DNA from: Octopus bimaculoides
Taxonomy: Eukaryota
Length of the DNA: 64,000 nucleotides
NCBI RefSeq assembly: GCF_001194135.2
Contig: NC_069001.1
Coordinates: 34,023,120 to 34,087,119, forward strand
Reading direction: 5' to 3'
Shown here: piece by piece, positions 26,881 through 40,751 of the stretch
Layout of the letters: every line of letters starts with the position of its first letter
Position numbering within the stretch: position 1 is the stretch's first letter
The notes under the pieces: model-generated
Databases searched by the model: none
What the model was told of the DNA's origin: nothing
The model's input: the letters and a program-made list of their open reading frames with translations, nothing else
Program-made: the position numbers and the translations under genes

Positions 26881-29365
26881 TCTTAAATTGTTTCCCAATT
26901 TAACACCACTGCCTCATCTTATGATGTGCTGAGTCGAGTTGAAGCAGTTGTAAGCATTCAGGTTAGCTCTCTAATTTGATATCTTCCTCCCTTGCCCTTA
27001 ACAGACTCAAAGGCCCTAAAAATAAAGGGCCATATGTATTGTCTTTCCCTTTCTGACTAATTGGTAAAAGAAAAACAAAAAAACATCAAAAAGTGCCCTG
27101 AGTAGCTATCTGTTATGTCTTAATATACCACAACCATGTATGATCTCTTTATCTACTTGTCTCCATTTTTTTTTATCTACTCCTTGCTATTACTTCTCCA
27201 TATTATTCCTTCCTCACCTACCCCTTATCATCACTTTACCTACACTTTCCCACCCCAACATCCACATCCTGTCATCATATATAAACCCTTCCTCTCGTCA
27301 TCTGTTCATTGGGTCTAGACTTCTTCTCATGTCCCCCTTGCCTACTGTTTGCCATTCCATCACGTCTTCTCCCATACGATTTTTCATTTTGTTGTTGTTT
27401 TCTTATTTACTTCTGCCAATTCCTTCAATGAGTGACATCCCATTGAATAATGACAGAGAAGCAAGTCTATGATATCCTTCTTTACATCACCACTCAAAAT
27501 AGACATAGTTCTTCACCCTTCAGCAATCATGCAGTTCTGCTGTGCAGTTCATTGAAGCATTTGATCTTAAGTAGGACACCATTACAATCTCATTGACTTC
27601 ATCACTGTTCACTCTTCTCGTCCTCTTTCTCCTCCTTTCACTCAATCACCCTCAGCAGCTCCTCCCCCTACTTCTGCCACCACAATTAATATAGCATCCT
27701 TCATTTTGTATTTTCTTTCTTTATACTTTGCACCTTTTTTTTTCTGCCTTCTTTGCAATCTTTTTTCCTTCTCCATTTTATAATATTTTGTTCTTTCATT
27801 TGTATCCACCTATTTTGTTAACTTCACCACTCCATTACCACAGAACAGTATCAAGCTAATAAGTACACATTCCTTAAGGGTCCACATACACTATTGCTCC
27901 TTCTGTGTATTATTCAAAAGGACAAAAAGAGAAAAAAGGGTTATCACTTCCTTTCCCTTCGTTTCCCCTTTCTCCATCTCTCACATGCAAACACTCACAT
28001 ATCCCTCATATTTTCTTGACAGAAGTTCTGAACGTCCTCCTGCAGCTGTTAATATCTGTCAAATAAAGGAAAGAAAATATTATTGTAGCGTTAGGGGTCA
28101 ATACAGATTTTAAACCTAAGTAAAATGGTGCCTTAACCACACTAATCCCTGCAACTACCAACTGCAGTAACCCTAAGCAGACCACTTGTTTAACTTATTC
28201 CTTATATTTTTAGTGTTGCATGGGGTTATCAGAAAAAAAAGCAGCAATAAATTAGATTATCATCTTCATTGCCTCCTCCTCTCTCCCACCTCCCAGGTCT
28301 CTCTCCCTCCAGTTTTTCTCCCTCTTCTATCCTTGTTCTCCCTCTTTCCTCACTCCTCCTCCTCCTCCTCCTCCTCCTCCTCGATCACCCCCTCCTCCTC
28401 CTCGATCACCCCTCCTCCTCCTCATTCCTCCCTACTCTTCTTTTGCATATCTCCCTCCTCCTCCTGTCTCCCTTCTTTCCTCTTTATCATTATTGCTATC
28501 CCCTTCCTTCCCCACCGCCCATCCTCTTCTCCTCAATACCCATCCTCTCCCTGCCTTCATTTGTCCCTTATTATTGCCTTATTCTCCCTTCCTATCTTTT
28601 TTCTTTGGTCACATCCTCAGGAAGTGAGGTGGTATTGGAGGGTATTTCTGGTTACTTATGTCATAATGTCATTCAGAGAATAAGTTCTGGGGTTGATTTC
28701 TTTGACTAAAACCCTTTAAGATGGTGCTCCAGCATGGCCATATTCAAATGACTGGAATGTGTAAAAGAATAAAAGAATAGAAGAATATAAGTAACTGATT
28801 AACAGTAGTAGTTGGTATGAAACGTAAGACTCAAGATGAAAAACTGCTGAGAATATTTATTTGTAAAGTTAATGATTAAATATGATTAAAACTTACTGCA
28901 AGTATATTTTAGTCTTTTGAGCTTGTCAGACTAAAGTTTGATTAGTTTGACAAGATCAAAAGATTGAAATATATTGAAGTTTGTTATTAGACATTAAATT
29001 TCTAAATAAATACATAGTCATAAAAAATGCAGAGAATGTAATTGGAATTTCTAAGCTTTATATAACATACACACATTTCTGCAAGTCAATTGGTGCTATT
29101 ATATAATCTACACATTATTTGTTGCATGCCCTTATATACTCGTCAAGCATATTATAAAGTAAGTAAGTTGGTGTAGCACAATAAAGGGTGAGACATTAGG
29201 ATAATGTTAAGAAAAGAAGGGTTAAAAGGGGAAGTGGGAAAGTAGTGATTGACCTCACACATTTAAGCAAAAATCACACACACTCATACACACAACACAA
29301 CTACCCACATCAGCACAAACACACACCCACACATATACATTTATATATATATATATATATATATA

Positions 29366-29526
29366 GGTGGAGGCATAGCTGTGTGGTGAGAAGCTTGCCT
29401 TCCAACCACATAGATCTGGGTTCAGTCCCACTGCATGATTCCTTGGACAAATTTCTTCTACCCTAGCCTTAGGCCAACCAAAGTCTTGTGAGTGAATTTG
29501 GTAGAAGGAAACTGAAAGAAGCCTGT

Positions 29527-29619
<93 letters not shown>

Positions 29620-29842
29620 GTGTCTTTTTGTCAGTGTTTATCCCACAGCCACTGCTTGAAATCCAGCGGTGGTGTGTTTACATTCTGTAACTTAGTGGTT
29701 CAACAAAGAGACTGAAAGAATAAGTATCAGATTTAAAGAAAAAGGAAAAAAAAAAGTACTCAGATTGATTCATTCAATTTTAAAATTCCTCAAGGCAGTG
29801 CCCCAGCATGGCCACAGTCTAAGGAGTGAAACAAGAAAAAAA
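29366..29842 (+). mobile_element. Full-length tRNA-derived SINE, family A head plus tail C
   Basis: A-box-like TAGCTGTGTGG, B-box GGTTCAGTCCC, CCTTGGACAAATTTCTT, a central (TA)n(TG)n microsatellite, and the tail ...CCCAGCATGGCCACAGTC...GAAACAAGAAAA. Confidence 0.85.
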
Positions 29843-30429
29843 TAATAAATATATTGAGAAGTAGCTAGAACCAGTGCTCATCTAGTACCCTTATATATCT
29901 GTCTGTCTGTCTGTCTCTCTCACACACACACACACACCTTATTGCCTCATAGTTCCTTAAAATATCTGTCTTTTCCCTTATTTCATCATTGTTGTTGCTC
30001 GAGGCTTACCTTGATCAACCAGACTTATAGTCCTACCATGACTGTCCCAACTTTTTAAATGGTTTCTCTAACTACACTGGATAATCTGTTCTTCTTCTTT
30101 TCAAGCTATTAAAGTGTGCAATTTGAGGGATATTCGGTTGCAGTTTCATGCAGTTTGAATGACTTAGTAAAAAAGGTTTTCTCATTGGCTAATCCTGTCC
30201 CTTCGTTACTTTGTCATGTGTCCTTCAAGTCCCTTATACCATTCTTTCTACCTTCTCACTCGCCTTCCCTTTATCTCCCCGTTCCCTCCTTACCATACAT
30301 TATTCAGTCCTCCATACATCACCTTACACATATCTATTTATTTCTCCTTCAAGCTTCTATTCATTTCTCCCCCACCACTTCTCATAACACAGCAAGCAGT
30401 ATACCCCACACCAGTTTTTAATTCCAGGA

Positions 30430-31460
30430 AAAGAAACAGGACGACGATGATCAAAGATCAGGACACATTGTGTCAGTGACCTTACATTATTAAACATATG
30501 ATCCTCGGAAGCAGTCATGCATGACTGGAGATGATTTACATACACAACATTATTTCCTTGATCCGTCTGCAAGCTTAACATTATTATATCCACATTAACA
30601 CCCAAATGATAATTAACCATATGTAATTGCAAATTCCTTTATTGATAGTCCATGTCGTTTTTGACAATGATATTATTAAAGAAGAAAAAAAAATACTAAA
30701 ATTATAAAAAAATGCCAAAACAAACAAAAAATAAAAAAAGATTAGTCTTCCACTCCCTCCTCCTTGCAATCATGACCACTCAATGTCTGGAACCACATGT
30801 CTTTGCTTAAAAACAAGGCAAACTACAGCAGGAGGGAAAACGATCTGGCAGTGTTGTTTGTATGATTGCAGTGAGCAACATCAGTCCAACAACCCATCTG
30901 TTTGCTGTCAGTTCTGACAGTTGGTTTCAGATAAACCTCTGTCTTCTTCACTTAGAGCCTCTACCATCACCACGACTGCCATCGACACCACTGTCACCAT
31001 CATGGCCACCACCAACAACAACGACTACAACAACTGTACAAGTAGCAAAATTGATCGATACTGGGCGCGCGAGATCTGCTTCAGTTTGATACAAGACTTG
31101 GCAGGCAAATATGCTGGCCTTTTTCCTCCACCTCATTTCTTTTCGTCTCCACATCCCCTACCCATCCAACTTTCACTTTCACTCTTCCTCCCTCTCCTCC
31201 CCTACCCTACACCTAGCTACACAGACATTTTTTCCGTCCTTCCCCCTAACCTACATCAAGTTATTAGCTGACTCCCTGCAGAGATTACATCCTGTTGGAA
31301 AATGGCAGCGCTTTTATTGATCCACTTATCAAATGATTCTTCATTTGATTTCGACCAATAAGAAAACTGTATTTGCAACTATTTCCAGTCTTTCTGATAT
31401 TTTTAGTTCCGTAAAACCAAATGACGATAAATCATAAGCTGCTACCACGGGTTTTATTTT
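30430..31460. promoter_or_regulatory. CpG-retaining unique region; candidate promoter or first exon
   Basis: About 20 CpGs in ~1 kb counted by eye against a CpG-poor background, including GGGCGCGCGAGA at about 31063-31074, next to a CT-rich tract. Confidence 0.3.
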
Positions 31461-31829
31461 ATTTTATTTTATATTTGAGTTGTATTGTTTATATTTTGTT
31501 TTTATATTGTTACCAAGTACTTTTGGTTTGTGAGATTGTAACATGCTTTTACTCAAGAAATTGTTTCCCAGCCCTCCACCTCCACCCATCTTTAGTCTCA
31601 TTTGTAATATTGATTCTTATTACGCCCATTCTCTTTAAGTTTCTACCTTCACTCTTAAGATGTGGTTATATTTTATTGTTACCTCAAGCATTGTTGTGGG
31701 CAGTGCCATTTTAAAGTGTGGACACACAGGGAGTTGCTCAGGGCTCTGTGTGTCTAGGAAGTGCCCAAGGCCAGTCTATGAATGCTGTGGTTGTGTTAGT
31801 GGTTGTAGCACGTTGCTTTGCATGTATGT

Positions 31830-32024
31830 ATTCTTTTACTCTATTACTTGTTTGAGTCATTTGACTGCAGCCATGCTGGAGCACCACCTTGAAAGGTTTT
31901 AGTTGACCAAATCAACCCCAGAACATTTTTTAAGCCTAGTTATTATTGTATCGGTCACTTTGGTTAAACCACTAAGTTATAGGGACATAAATGCACCAAG
32001 GCCAGTTGTCAAACAGACACAAAG

Positions 32025-32059
<35 letters not shown>

Positions 32060-32188
32060 CGAAGGGCTTCTTTCAGTTTCCATCTACCAGACCCATTCAC
32101 AAGGCTTTGGTCGGCCTGAGGCTATAGCAAGAGACACTTGTCCAAGGTGTCATGCAGTGGGACTGAACCTGGAACCATGTGGTTGAGA
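31830..32188 (-). mobile_element. Family A plus tail C SINE
   Basis: TCATTTGACTGCAGCCATGCTGGAGCACC...CACTTGTCCAAGGTGTCATGCAGTGGGACTGAACC. Confidence 0.8.
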
Positions 32189-32644
32189 ATCATGCCTAGA
32201 CAGAGGCAAGCACCTTGTCAATACACACAGTATTTTCATGGAGAGAAGTAGTAAGATATATCAAACTAGTTTCACTTCTGTGTTGGGATTTCATTTGTGA
32301 GTTCCCTCTTTAATCATCCAAGGAGATTCTGCTTATAAACCCACAATTACTGAGGGCTTAAACAGACTGGATAGACTAATAGACTACTTTACTAATATAG
32401 ACTAATTTACATATGTAGCAGATTTTTGGTAGCTGCATCTGTATTTGTGCATTCTGGTGTAAATACCAATTATATCATGTCCCTAAAGAGATAAAGAGAT
32501 ATAATTTGATAGGTGAAAATAGCCATTTAATAAACAGAGATCATTAAAATGAATGCCAGACAAAGTACTGGAATTGATATAGAAAACCAATAAAAGATTA
32601 TATGATCTGAAAGAAATTGTGTTTCTATGGTTCTTTGTGTGTAT

Positions 32645-32992
32645 AGCATAGTGGTTAGAGTGTTTTGTTCATAGTCATAAAATTGTGGGTTCAATTCCAA
32701 GAACAGACATCATGTGTGTCCTCAAACAAGGCACTTCAATTCAGTTGCTCCCGATGACTCCGCTGTATGTATGTCTCTGTATTTGCCCCCCCCCCCCATA
32801 ACTTCACAACCGGCGTTGGTGTGTTTATGTCCTTGTAACTTAGTGGTTCAGCAAAAGAGACAGAGAGGATATGTATTAGGCTTACAAAGAATAAGCCCTG
32901 GGATCGATTTGTTCCAACTAAAGGCAGTGCTCCAGCATGGCTGCAGTCAAATGACTGACACAAATAAAAGAATCAAAGAATAAAAGAAATAT
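32645..32992 (+). mobile_element. SINE with a different tRNA-like head (family E) joined to tail C
   Basis: Head GCATAGTGGTTAGAG...GGGTTCAATTCC, body CAAGGCACTTCAATTCAGTTGCTCC (like 39560 and 55630), then the same tail C as family A. Confidence 0.65.
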
Positions 32993-33276
32993 ATCGTAGA
33001 CCTACCCATTAACAACCAAAATGAAGTCGAATGGTGGGGGGAGCACTTTAACTGTAATAGGAATTCTGGAATATACCAGTACTCCAGCTGAAAATTCCAG
33101 AAAATTTATTTTGCTAACCAATTGTATATCACTGATGTTTTTCATTTACATGTTAGCAGCACAAGTTCCATGTGACGAATGTCTTGGGTTTGTATTACGT
33201 TGTATTTCACCCACTTTCTTTTCCTTTCTTCCACAAACACACAGACGTACCTACCAACCTACTTACACACATACAT

Positions 33277-33353
<77 letters not shown>

Positions 33354-34154
33354 TGGATATACATGCAAGCATGCGCAGATTTTATTGTTATTTTAATGGA
33401 TGGAGAATGATTTATTGATAGTTTTCTTTCATCTATCATTCTCACAGTTGTTATTCAGTTGGAAGTCAATACTTGTGGTTCTGATAATATATTCAACATG
33501 TGCTTCATTCTCACTGATCCTACCCAGTATCTAATGCTCTTTGTGTTCAGCCATTTTTAATTTATCTAGAAGTCTGTTACATCAAGAATTCTTTGATATT
33601 TCAAGTGTTTATATTCAGTAATATTATTGTTTTTTTGTTTTTTTTATTGTATTTTGGTTTTAATTTTTTTTTTGTTTTCTTTAATTTTACTTTGTTTTCA
33701 AGTTTATTTTATTATTTATTAAATTCAAATATTAAAGAGAAGGAAAAAAATTTTCAGAGAAACCTTTGTAATTTATTTTTATGAAAGGATTTTGTAAAAA
33801 TAGGGGTAAAAAAAAATACCAAGTAAAATTCTAAAACTCTTTCAACAGGTTTCTCTTCGTTTGAGTCAAGTTTTCAACATTTTTGGAAATGTTTGATTAT
33901 AAAAGACAGGTTATTGGATTCTGCGTGTGTTCAAATGTACTTTCTTTTGGATATTTTTTTTCTTCAATTCTATGCTTTCCCTGGTGTTTGCTGGTTTGAT
34001 CTGAAGTAAACTTCTGGGTGAAATAGTAGAGTATGATACGAGATAAAAACAAAAATGATGAATGAGGATGTATTGTAGATGTTACCACAATACCCTAAAA
34101 GCTTTTGAGGGTTACTACTTAACTCTAGTATTGTGACAGTAAACAGATGAGAAA

Positions 34155-34215
34155 TACAGGGTGTCCATAAATTCTCTTTACAATTTAATACAATATATCA
34201 CACAAGTTTTTAAAT
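34155..34215 (+). mobile_element. Possible isolated mariner-type TIR fragment
   Basis: TACAGGGTGTCCATAAA start is typical of Tc1/mariner ends. No partner TIR was found. Confidence 0.3.
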
Positions 34216-34543
34216 ATAATTTATGAGCACCATGTATCTTTCTTCTCTTCGTCTGCTACTAATTCTCAACTGCTAGTTGAACTACAAGGTAGAATAAAGG
34301 CTTACAGAAACATAACAAAATTTCATGAAAACATTTGAACTTAGTCTATGCAAGTAGTTAATCAATATCTTACATGTTGAGGGGCAAGCATGGCTGTGTG
34401 GTAAGAAGTTTGCTTCCCAAACACATGGTTCTGGGTTCATTACCACTACGTTGCACCTTGGGCAAAGTGTCTTCTACTATAGCCTCAGGCTGACCAAAGC
34501 CTTGTGAGTGGATTTCGTAGATGAAAACTGGAAAAAGCCTGTC

Positions 34544-34583
<40 letters not shown>

Positions 34584-34705
34584 GACAGGCTTTATATATG
34601 TTTGTATATATTTGTGTTTGTCCCCTCCCACCATGACAAGATTAGCAATTTCAGTGGGGTGGCTGGCATGCTAATGATTTAGCCAACATACTACTTTCTC
34701 TTATA

Positions 34706-34922
34706 TGGTAATCCCTCGACTATTGCAGGTGTTATGTTCCAAAAACCCCTGTGATAGGTGAAAATCCGTGAAGTAGAAACAGTACTGTACTGTATATCTT
34801 TTATTTTTATAATTTGCATATATTTATTTTATTATAAATGCAAAACAACACCACAGAGGAATCAACATAAGCTTAAATAATAAACTGCGATAGGTGAACC
34901 ATGATATGGTGAGAGATTATTG
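34706..34922. mobile_element. Tigger/pogo-like Tc1/mariner MITE
   Basis: TA-flanked. The left end TGGTAATCCCTCGACTATTGCAGG and right end CCATGATATGGTGAGAGATTATTG are degenerate inverted repeats of the CAGTAATCCCTCG type. Confidence 0.6.
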
Positions 34923-36269
34923 TACATTAATGTATTAATTAAATATGCTATTGTTAATCAGATAAATTCAGCTGTCATATAATGTAAAATAAAGTTCTCT
35001 GTTTGGAAAGATAGTAAAATGCTTGCATCAAATTTGAACACACAAACTACAAGTAAGTAGTCCAAGCCTTTATCCACTGGGTCATCTCACTTTTGCTTGT
35101 ATGGTGGTGTACTGTGTAATGTGTTGGGTGTGTATAATCATTGCTTCATCTCCTACCATACATATCAGCTTCATTTTCAACCTAGTTTATGCCAAGTCAA
35201 TATTAATATCTGTTCTTCTTTCCTAGTCGATAACATAATCTTGGTAAATGTTGGTACATTAAATTAGAGAATGGAGTTGTAGCATAATATTCTGGCCTCA
35301 AGAGTATTATTTTTTTTTCTTTTATTATTTTTTTCTTTCCTCAAGTAAACTACAGGATGTTCTGTCCATCAGCTCAGTCTTTGTACAAGTTATTTTTACC
35401 TTGATAATTGTGAATCTGCAAGTCTTTCAGCTAAAGTTACTTGCACTGTCTGGTTTATCTTTGTACTTATCCACTGAAAATTATGAATCAAAATACTTGA
35501 CATAAATTCTGCTCCACTCCAGCCATTTATCATGTCTACACGCTGTCATTATATTGCAATCATTTTGCCAAAGAAAAGCAAAATAAATAAATAAATAAAA
35601 AAACACTGCAATAAAACCCCAAGCTTTAGAAGTTAAATTGGATCATAAGTAGTTTTCTGAAGTATATTTTATTCTTAACAACAATAACAATAACCATCAT
35701 CTTCCTAACTGGTTTACATCTCTGTTTATTTTCATTTTGGTATATGTCTGAGAAATAATTTCTCTTCATCTTCTCTGCCAATAATTCCAAAATTCTGCAG
35801 ATTAGATTTATATAACAAAGTTACTCGAGCACATTTCTCTCCCAACTCATGTTATTCTTACTATCTCAACACAAAAATGACATTATCCTCTAAAATTTTA
35901 GCTGTTGCATCATGGCTTTTTATACCTCAGACAAAGTACATAAATATATAATTAAAGCGATCATGAAACCGTCTCTGTTAATTGGATAAAGTCTAGGCTT
36001 CAAGGAAACTGGTGACAGGCTGTGTCGGCAAGAATTAATCCAAACAAGAGCTAATACATTGTTGATGAGTTTGAGTGCCAGGAGGAATGTAAAGTCTAAT
36101 GTTGCAGGTTCAATCACTGATGTCTGCTAAGTTAATGATATTTTTGTCTTTTTCAACTCATCATTGGAGGATAACAACCTGAAATGTTTAGACTTCCCAG
36201 TCTATAGAGCAATTGAACTTTAAGAAAATCATTCTATCAACTTTCCTGTGTAATATATCTCAACATCAG

Positions 36270-36945
36270 AATAAGATATTGGTTTCGAATTCAGGCGTAG
36301 GGCTAGCAATTTTGGGGGAGACAGAACACTGATTATATTGATCTCCAGTGTTTAACTGGGACTTATATTATCGACCCCCAACAAAAGGATGAAAGGCAAA
36401 GTCAACCAACCATGATAGAATTTGAACTCAGAATGTAAAGACAGATGAAATGCTGCTAAGCATATTGCCTGATGTGCTAACGATTCTGCCACCTCACCAC
36501 CCAAGAATAAAATCACTATCAGAATAAAATAATGTTTTAAAATGTTGGCACAAGGCCAGCAGTTTTGGGAAAAGGGCTAAGTCAGTTACATTGACCCCAG
36601 TGCTCAGTTGGTACTTATTTTATTAACCCCAAAAAGATGAAAGGTAAAGTTGACCCCTGTGGCATTTGAATTCAGAATGTAAAGGTGGACAAGATGCCAC
36701 TAAGCATTTGTTCTGGCACAGTGACAATTCTGCCAGCTCACTGCCTTAAATCAACCTCAGTGGACTCAGAACAATAAGATGGATGAAATGCTGCGAGGCA
36801 TTTCGCCCAGCATGCTAATGATTCTGCCTTCAAAAGCTAAAGGAAACCGCAATGGAATTTGAACTCAAAACGTAAAGACTGACGAAATGCTGCTAAGCAT
36901 TTTCCCTGGGGTGCTAACAATTTTGCCAGCTTGCCCCCATAGAAT
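36270..36945 (-). mobile_element. Cluster of about four family B SINE copies or fragments
   Basis: Repeated GATGAAAGG(C/T)AAAGT and GAAATGCTGC.AAGCATT blocks. The imperfect direct repeat AGAATAAAATC.C.ATCAGAATAAAATA occurs at about 36504 and 36941. Confidence 0.75.
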
Positions 36946-37141
36946 AAAATCCCCATCAGAATAAAATATTGAAAATCTGGCACTACTTTATATATACTGA
37001 ACTTTAAATGCACCAATATCTCTACTATTCCTATCAGTCATTGATCGTTTTTGTCATTTTAACGTAATATTGTTAATACTCTAAAACCGCTTTTCCTACA
37101 TCTTAACTATTAAACTCTTGAGTGCGTATATATAAGATTAC

Positions 37142-37456
37142 ATGAATGCATTTATTCTATACTTAAGCAGTGAAACTAAGAGTCAGCAATCTAATGACAC
37201 ACAGACAAGAAAGAGATGTGTACTTTATGTCTTCAATATAAATGGTACCTCTTACTTGAGATTCAGCCCATGTAAACTCTGCAACTATATTATCAATGCA
37301 CTCGACTATTTCACTAGATTTGTTAACAATACCATAGAACACAAGACAACGGATGACCTTCTAGTGGTCATTCGACTGCTAGAAATAGCAATCAAATCTC
37401 CCTCAAATTACACAGCGATAGAAGAATTTCATTACCAATTCAACATTTCATGTTGA
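37142..37456 (+). CDS. Non-repetitive 104-codon ORF, function unknown
   Basis: The longest ORF here not driven by simple repeats. It has five N-x-S/T sequons (NDT, NGT, NNT, NYT, NIS). No recognisable domain. Confidence 0.2.
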   Translation: MNAFILYLSSETKSQQSNDTQTRKRCVLYVFNINGTSYLRFSPCKLCNYIINALDYFTRFVNNTIEHKTTDDLLVVIRLLEIAIKSPSNYTAIEEFHYQFNISC

Positions 37457-37756
37457 TATTTACTCTTTTTTTTATATGCTCGTCTATGTATCTGTTCAAT
37501 TGTCTGTCCATCTATTCACTAGTCCATCTGTCTGTTGGTTTATAAGAATCATTGGTGAATGGTAATTTTTTAACTGAAGCTCAACTCCATTCAAATAGAT
37601 TTTATGACGAAATGCATTCCAGCCTTGTTCTTCCCGTCTTCTGATATTTCTGTGACTTAAAGCGATTTCACTGCTGTGGGCAATAAAGAAACAAAAAATT
37701 TCAAACATTATATCTTGGACCACATTATATGATGTCCTTTTTCTTTCGCTTTAGCC

Positions 37757-38213
37757 CATTGGTTCTCAACCAGGGCCCACATGACCCTTGGGGGTCCACA
37801 CAAGAGTTTTTGGTGTTAAAATTTATGCACAGTAAATTACTTCTATTTCTACAATACACAAGATATTTTAACAATTTTTTAAATACAGTTCCTAATAATA
37901 CATAAGTATAAATGTATACTCTTTTACTCTTTACTTGTTCCAGTCATTTGACTGCGGCCATGCTGGAGCACCGCCTTTAGTCGAGCAAATCGACCCCAGG
38001 ACTTATTCTTTGTAAGCCTAGTATTTTTTCTATCGGTCTCTTTTGCTGGACTGCTAAGTTACGGGGATATGAACACACCACCATCGGTTGTCAAGTGATG
38101 TTGGGGGGACAAACATATAATAGGATCTTTTAAACATCAAATGGTTAAGGGGTCCAGCAGAGTAAAATAAGAATCAAAGGGGTCCTTAGGCAAAAAACAA
38201 TTAAGACCCACTG
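37757..38213 (+). mobile_element. Complete hAT-type MITE with a nested SINE tail
   Basis: Left end CATTGGTTCTCAAC and right end AATTAAGACCCACTG form a degenerate TIR (10/14). The 8-bp flanks CTTTAGCC and TTTTAGAC (6/8) fit an 8-bp hAT TSD. GGGGTCC subterminal motifs are present, and a SINE tail is inserted at about 37921-38115. Confidence 0.65.
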
Positions 38214-39294
38214 TTTTAGACAGTAGGGCTGCAATTTTAAGAAACTTTGGTTGCTATTTCTAGCAAGTAGAACGACTATATAGAAATTCCCTCATTGGTT
38301 CATGATTATTGGTAGTCATCGGTATTGGTATATATGACTGCTGTTGCTAGTAGTTGCAGAGGCGATTGTTCTCGTTGGTGCTGGGGTAGGCACTGGTGGT
38401 GTCAGAGGTAACAAATGTTGGTGCTTGGGCTTGCAACTAGAAGATAATTGCTGGAACTATAGTTCTTGTTATGAAACCTGACAGGAGAATGGTTTAGATA
38501 ATTGGTAAAAGATTCAACAGAAATGCAGCTGTCAAAGGAAAGATTTTTATAAAATGTTTGTTGTCTGTTGCTTCTTGTTCTTGTGGTGAAGAGGTTTGCA
38601 TGGTGGTGAAGGAAGTTGTTGAACCTGCCATGGGAAAGAAATGGACAGGGAGGAAATATCCGAGAAATGGAATGAATGGTGTGGGGGAAATGAAGAACAG
38701 GAAGTAAATGCATTTGGAAGTCGATGGTGGTGGAGAGATAGAAGAAAAGAGAGAGAGAGATAAGCAATGATAGAGATAAGCAAAGAAAGACTGAGAGAAA
38801 AATAGGGAAGAGATTGAGTAAGGAAAACAATAGGTTAGAACAGAAAAAGAGAATAATACATATATATGTACACACACACACACAAGGAGGAAATGAATCT
38901 ATATCTATAACGGATGTGCGTACACATGCATATGTGTACATATGATAATTCATATATATATATATGTATATTTATATATATAATGAAATGAATTCTTATA
39001 TGTAGGTAATGGATATATATATATATATATATATAATTTTGTGAATGTGTACACACACGCGCACACATACATATATTCTTTTATTCTTTTACTTGTTTCA
39101 GTCATTTGACTGTGGCCATGCTGAAGCACTGCCTTAAGTTGAACAAATCAATCCCAGGACTTATTCTTTGTAAGCCTAGTACTTGTTCTATCAGTCTCTT
39201 TTGCTGAACTGCTAGATTATGGGGATATAAACACACCAACATAGGTTGTCAAGCGTTGGTAGGGGAGGGACAAACAGGCACAAAGAAATACTAA

Positions 39295-39327
<33 letters not shown>

Positions 39328-39372
39328 GTGTATCTATCTATATCTCTGTCTATATGTATCTCTCTGTCACTA

Positions 39373-39440
<68 letters not shown>

Positions 39441-39514
39441 CGAGCTTAAAAGCCGCCCTGTTGGATGACTTTTAAGCTAGCTCTTGTGGAGGGCTCTTCA
39501 TTGGGCCTTGGGCC

Positions 39515-39830
39515 CAACAGTGACACTTCATGCATTGAGTATGACACTTCATGCATTGAGCAAGACACTTTATTTCATGTTGCTCCAGTTCACTCAGTTG
39601 TAGATATGAGTTACAACGTCACAGGTGCCAAGTTGTATCAGCCTCTGTCTTTCTCTTGGAGGACATCAGTGGCATGGAGAGGGCAGGCTGGTATTCATGG
39701 GCGACTGCTGGTCTTTCATAAAAACAATCCGAGGTTGTGCGTTCGCTGGTGAGGCAACTTTCCGCCCAAATTGTTCTCCGGAGGGGAACCTCTTAGGTAC
39801 ACTCATGGTCATTTGTGACCAATGGAGTTG
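39515..39830 (+). mobile_element. Family E SINE-like element with a different 3' part
   Basis: Same body as 55597, preceded by a ~21-bp tandem duplication (TGACACTTCATGCATTGAG). Confidence 0.6.
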
Positions 39831-40011
39831 AGGTTATACACACATGCACACACACACACACACACTCACACACACACACACACACACTCACACACACACA
39901 CATATATCAAGTCAAAACAGACAACTGGAGCCTGGTGCAGTTCTCCAGCTTATAAGCTCTGGTCAAACTGTCTAACCCATGCCAGCATGGAAAGCAAATG
40001 TCAAATGATAG

Positions 40012-40043
<32 letters not shown>

Positions 40044-40127
40044 CAAGGTGAAAATGTTTATGTGTGTATGGATATTGTTTTGTAACTGTCTATATGTTAT
40101 CCAATAATTTCACACATACTCATACGT

Positions 40128-40180
<53 letters not shown>

Positions 40181-40751
40181 TATACATATCTACATATGTG
40201 TGTGATCGTGTTAGAATTTTTACATAAACATTATAAATTAGCATTGTTATTCAGAAATGCTATTTTTGTGTATTTTAAAATCTTCCATTGAACATGATTT
40301 CCAAGTTTATTCAATCAGAATTAATATGATTTATCCAAGTTTTGTGCCATTGGTTTATTTATTTATTAGTTTTACAAATTTTTAAACATTGGTGAAGGAA
40401 GATAGTTCTATTGTGAGAAGAAAAAAAAAAAAGAAAGTATCTGTTTATAGTAATATTGATTTCTGACATTGGCACAAGGTCACACATTTCGAAAGGAAAC
40501 TATATTTGATTAAATCAACCCCATTTGACAGCTACAAGATTTGAATTCAGATTATGAAGGGACATTAACAAATACTGTTAGATATTTTTGCCTGATGCCC
40601 TACCAAATCTGCCAATCAACTGCCCTGTTTATTGCAATAGTTATTTATAATTTAGGCACAAAGCCAACGATTCTAAGGAGAGGGATTTAGTTGATTACAT
40701 CAACCCCAGTATTTAACTGGTGCTTTATTTCCTGATCCCAAAAAGAACCAT

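Noticed and set aside
26112-26932. Apparent protein repeats (IPQGLLS/IPQGILS, HKAFC) suggesting LRR or zinc fingers
   Set aside because: Spacing is irregular, the frames differ, and the DNA matches degenerate SINE bodies.
39443-39480. 10-bp inverted repeat followed by CTAG, resembling a Helitron 3' end
   Set aside because: The CTAG overlaps the stem, no 5' TC end was identified, and it abuts a SINE.
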